Positions 59,879 through 64,000 of a DNA stretch of 64,000 nt are shown piece by piece. Position 1 is the stretch's first letter, and every line of letters begins with the position of its first letter. The stretch is taken from the NCBI GenBank assembly GCA_965655095.1, contig OZ296649.1, forward strand, positions 80,290,001-80,354,000. Reading direction: 5' to 3'. Below the pieces are notes generated by a model that saw only the letters and a program-made list of their open reading frames with translations, ran no database searches and was not told where the DNA came from. This DNA is from Haplodiscus bocki (lineage: Eukaryota). The position numbers and the translations under genes are program-made.

Positions 59879-62800
59879 GTTGACTGCTCAATTGAAGTAC
59901 CCGAACGTTTGAGAAGAAAAATTCAGTGAATTTCCCCCTACTTTCAAGAATTGTGGAATCAATTTGGAACATATTGATCCGCACATGAAGGATTTTGCAC
60001 ATGAACATAACCTTCTGAAGCACCCTAGACAAATGCTGATATCGAGTTTTTATCAATAACAAGCAGCAGTATTCACACCTCTCCTTCAGTTTTAATTAGA
60101 AAAAAGTCTGGTATTGAATCAAGTTCATTGGTTTATCCAATATACACCAGAAAAATATCTTTCATCATATCCTTACTAGAAACCGCTTTCAGAAAACAAG
60201 TTGTCAACAGATCAAGAGCGGCCTGAAGTTTGGCGTATTTGACTGCTCAATTGAACTACCTGAACGTTTCCGAGAAAAACTCAGTGAATTTCACCCTATA
60301 TTCAAGAATTGTGAAGTCAGTTTTCAGTTTGGAAAACATTGGTCCGCACAAGAAGGAATTTGCACATGAACATAATTTTCTAAAGAAACTTAGAAGAATG
60401 CTGATGTCGAATTTCTATTTCCAACGAGGACCAGTAATCACACCTCTCCTTCAGTTTTAATTAGAAAAAAGTCTGGTATTGAATCAAGTTCATTGGTTTA
60501 TCCAATATACACCAGAAAAATATCTTTCATCATATCCTTACTAGAAACCGCTTTCAGAAAACAAGTTGTCAACAGATCAAGAGCGGCCTGAAGTTTGGCG
60601 TATTTGACTGCTCAATTGAACTACCTGAACGTTTCCGAGAAAAACTCAGTGAATTTCACCCTATATTCAAGAATTGTGAAGTCAGTTTTCAGTTTGGAAA
60701 ACATTGGTCCGCACAAGAAGGAATTTGCACATGAACATAATTTTCTAAAGAAACTTAGAAGAATGCTGATGTCGAATTTCTATTTCCAACGAGGACCAGT
60801 AATCACACCTCTCCTTTAGTTTTCTTTAGAAAAAGGTCTGGTATTGAACCAAATTTACTGGTTTATCCAATATACACCCGAAAAAAATTTCGAGTCTTCC
60901 GTCAACTCGGTCGTGGAAGCACGACGAGAAGAAAACAAAAACACATCTTCTTCATTTGCTGATGAGACAATGAAACTAATAGGTACCTATTCATATGGAT
61001 ACCAAATTATTGACCAGTCAAAACATTCAAAGACTCAGTATCGCGTTGGAGCAGAAGTTGATCAACTAGTGAATGAACGGAATTTCAAAAACTTGAATCT
61101 GCTTCCTTCATACATTTATGAGGTTGAAATAGTTAAGTCAAAAGTGAATCACAAAGAACCCATAATTGTTGGATTCCTCATTCTGCGGTATGCGAAACTC
61201 ACAACGCTACAACTGTTTTATGTTTTTCAACTGTTCTGTGATCCTCAAAAGTACGAGCTAATCGAAATGGATACAGACAGTCCTTATATGGGTCTAACCG
61301 AATCTAAAGTTGAAGAATCATTAGCCCAGAGACGAAACAAAAGTGAGAGATTAATCGAGAGAATGACTGTAGAGATGACTTTAAAGCCGATGAACAGTAC
61401 TATTTTTTCCCCAGAAACTGTTGTCAGCAGCACTGGAAATTTGATCAGAGGACACCTGGATTTTTCAAATAATTTAGATGTACTGAGACGGTTGCTCTTT
61501 GTTCTGAAACTTACTGCTGCTTGGATGAACCGTCGAGAATAACTAAGTTGAGTTGTAAAGGACTTAATAAAAACTCGTTGAATCATGAACCCATCAAAGA
61601 ATATCTCGGTGTTGGAGGAAAAAGAAAGAGTAATAAATAACATGCAGAAGAGGTTTTCGGGTTGTTGGAAATAGTACGGTATGTACATACGAGCGGAAGG
61701 AAAATGGATTGTCTTACTTTTACCCCAAACGTATAGTACTCAGTGATGGAATTCATATCAAACCTCTCAATATTTAGTCTTTGATGCTTAATCTTTTTAC
61801 ATAAATATTTTTAGCGTCTACAAGTTTCATTTTTCACTCTGTGTCCAATTCAATTTTTTCTTATATTTACTTCCGCGTCTTCCAGCTTGATAGACAGATA
61901 TAAAGTTTTCAACTCTTCATCTCTTTCACCCATCAATAATTTGAATTTCAACTAACTGAATTCGAATGAGCTTTCTGATGGACTTCAGTAATTGATCTTT
62001 TTCACTCTCCAAGGATTAGGACTCCATCAAGTGAGAACATTGAATTTTTCCACACCCTGATGATTAGAAACTTTTTGCATAGATTACTTTTCGAGAGCAT
62101 TTCTCGCTCTTCAGTGATTTACGAATAGAGAGGACATCGACGTTTTCCACACTGTAATGATCACCAATTTTTCGCATAGAGAACTTTTCGACAGCATTTT
62201 TCACTCTTCAATGATTCACGACTCGAGTGAGTGAGAACATTGACTTTCTCAAACTCTCATAATTACAACTTCTTCCCGCATAGATGACCAATCGAGAATA
62301 ATTTTTCGACTTTTCATTGATTTTTTTGCAATTTTTTCAAACTTTTCTCATTTTTTTTGCTGTTTCTTTCATTCTTTTCAACTCTTTTCCCTTTCGATCA
62401 AGTTTTTCGCACTTTTTTTCAACTTTTCTACACTTTTTTTTTTTCAATTTTCGGCACTTTCTTTTCAATTTTTCTTCTTTAAAAATAATTTTCCATTTTT
62501 GATGATATTTCACAACATTTTCACGTTTTTCCACCTTTTTTCGGCTTTTTATCAACTTTTTTGCACTTTTTTCAACTTTTTTTAAATTTAAAAGTAAGTT
62601 TTTCATTTTTTTGATGAATTTTCACAACTTTTTGACGCTTTTTTGCACCTTTTTTCGTTTCTTTTGCTTTTTTTTGAATTTTTTAAAAACTTTTTTTAAT
62701 TTAATGCACTTTTTTCAACTTTTTTTCACTTTCGAAGCAACTCTTTCAACTTTCTGATGATTTTTCACAACTTTTCAACGCTTTTTTCCAGCTATTCTGC

Positions 62801-64000
62801 ACGTTTTTCCAACCATTTTGGAGTTTTCCACTTATTTGCATATTTTTTTTCAATTTTTTTACGCTTTTCCAAAGTTTTTTACACGTTAGAGCCAATTTCT
62901 CCATTTTTTGTGATGATTTTATCCAACCCTGAAGAGCTTTTTCGCACATTAGGAGCATTATTTCCATTTTTGGTGATTTAGTTCTCTGATTTATAAAATG
63001 CCTACTTTAGTTTCAGGATACAAATTGTAGAAGAAGTAAAGTAGTAGACATTGTAGCAAAGTTTGTAACATCTGCACAAAAGTTCGAATAGAAGCATAGT
63101 GCCTTGTTGGTTATACTAAGGATTATTATATACAAAAATAATCTCAACTTGAAATAAATTATGCTTTTCATTGATTTATGGATTGCTATGTGAGACATGC
63201 TACGGTTTTGTTCACTCGTGTTCCGCTGAGGAAATTCAAAGAATTTTTTTCAAATATTTCGATTGAAAAGGAATGTACTGACTGAAAAATCGAAATGCTG
63301 CAATTGCGTATTCGCTAAATTGTGAGCTTAATCAACATCGGATGTATATTTATCAGTCCAAGACGTATCGTTGGCACGACGGTGTAAACAACAACCATTT
63401 GAAACACAATGTACGTTCGTTACAGACCGATCGTGCATTGGGTTAGCCTTGACTACAGGTCGCGGGGTTGGGGGAGGGTTCCCCACGTTTCAGGGCTTCG
63501 GAAGACAACTGAGATGGACAAAAACGACAAAGTAGGCATTTTTGAAGTTATTTCTCAGTTCTATTCATTTCAGTTCTTTTAGACCACAGTAAACGTCACT
63601 GAACCTTTCAACTTGGATTATCACTCGAATCAAAATCGTAGGTCACTGCTTCAGCGTTCGTAACAGCTGACATTACTCGAGCAGAGTAAGCACTTTCAAA
63701 AACTACAATCCTTTGATGAGCTATTAGCCAACATAATTCTTAACAATAATTACCTTTTAATTATAACAGTATCTTTCATTTCTAACCTTTGAAAAGTCAG
63801 TACGCATTCGCCTAAATACTCGAATTAAGTACGCATAAAAAAACCCTCTGACGCTAATCAGCAAGCGGCGGAACGACTTTAATTCCCGGTCCGCGGATTA
63901 ATAGCTCCCGTGGCGCCGCGGATACGCCCGCCGGCCTGATTTACTTTTCCAACTCCATCCGAGCAGGTTGGAATCCCACTGACAGACCCCGTCTTTTTAA
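59879..64000 (+). repeat. Near-identical second copy of the Polinton right end (51834-55589) with one extra 365-bp unit; runs off the window inside the TIR
   Basis: Offsets 8045, then 8410 and 8411. Identical ORF translations (52434 vs 60844, 54335 vs 62746, 54602 vs 63013). Confidence 0.97.

Overview
AT-rich eukaryotic (probably invertebrate animal) genomic DNA dominated by nested mobile elements. 1-10.6 kb holds two adjacent, diverged tandem arrays (units of ~1.8 kb and ~0.72 kb) that look like decayed repeat-domain coding sequence. 12.65-16.4 kb is a spliced minus-strand choline dehydrogenase-like GMC oxidoreductase whose N-terminal GxGxxG segment cannot be found. 16.5-26 kb has interspersed repeats, an N gap and an old LTR-integrase remnant. 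26031-55619 is a full-length but decayed Polinton/Maverick: AGTAGT...ACTACT termini, ~150-bp TIRs, 6-bp TSD GAGGAA, and genes for ATPase, integrase, minor and major capsid, cysteine protease and protein-primed PolB. Inserted antisense into its major capsid gene is a 13.17-kb Ty3/Gypsy element (32736-45904; ~507-bp LTRs, TSD ACATC) organised like a complex retrovirus. It has gag, a -1 frameshifted pol ending in a TARG1/OARD1-like macrodomain, and a class I fusion env. Between pol and env lies an accessory block with an open antisense JmjC dioxygenase and two paralogous small CxCC proteins. This element is the best candidate for an undescribed system: an env-bearing retroelement carrying two putative chromatin/ADP-ribose eraser enzymes. 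59879-64000 is a near-identical second copy of the Polinton right end. All family calls come from motif recognition by eye; no searches were run.
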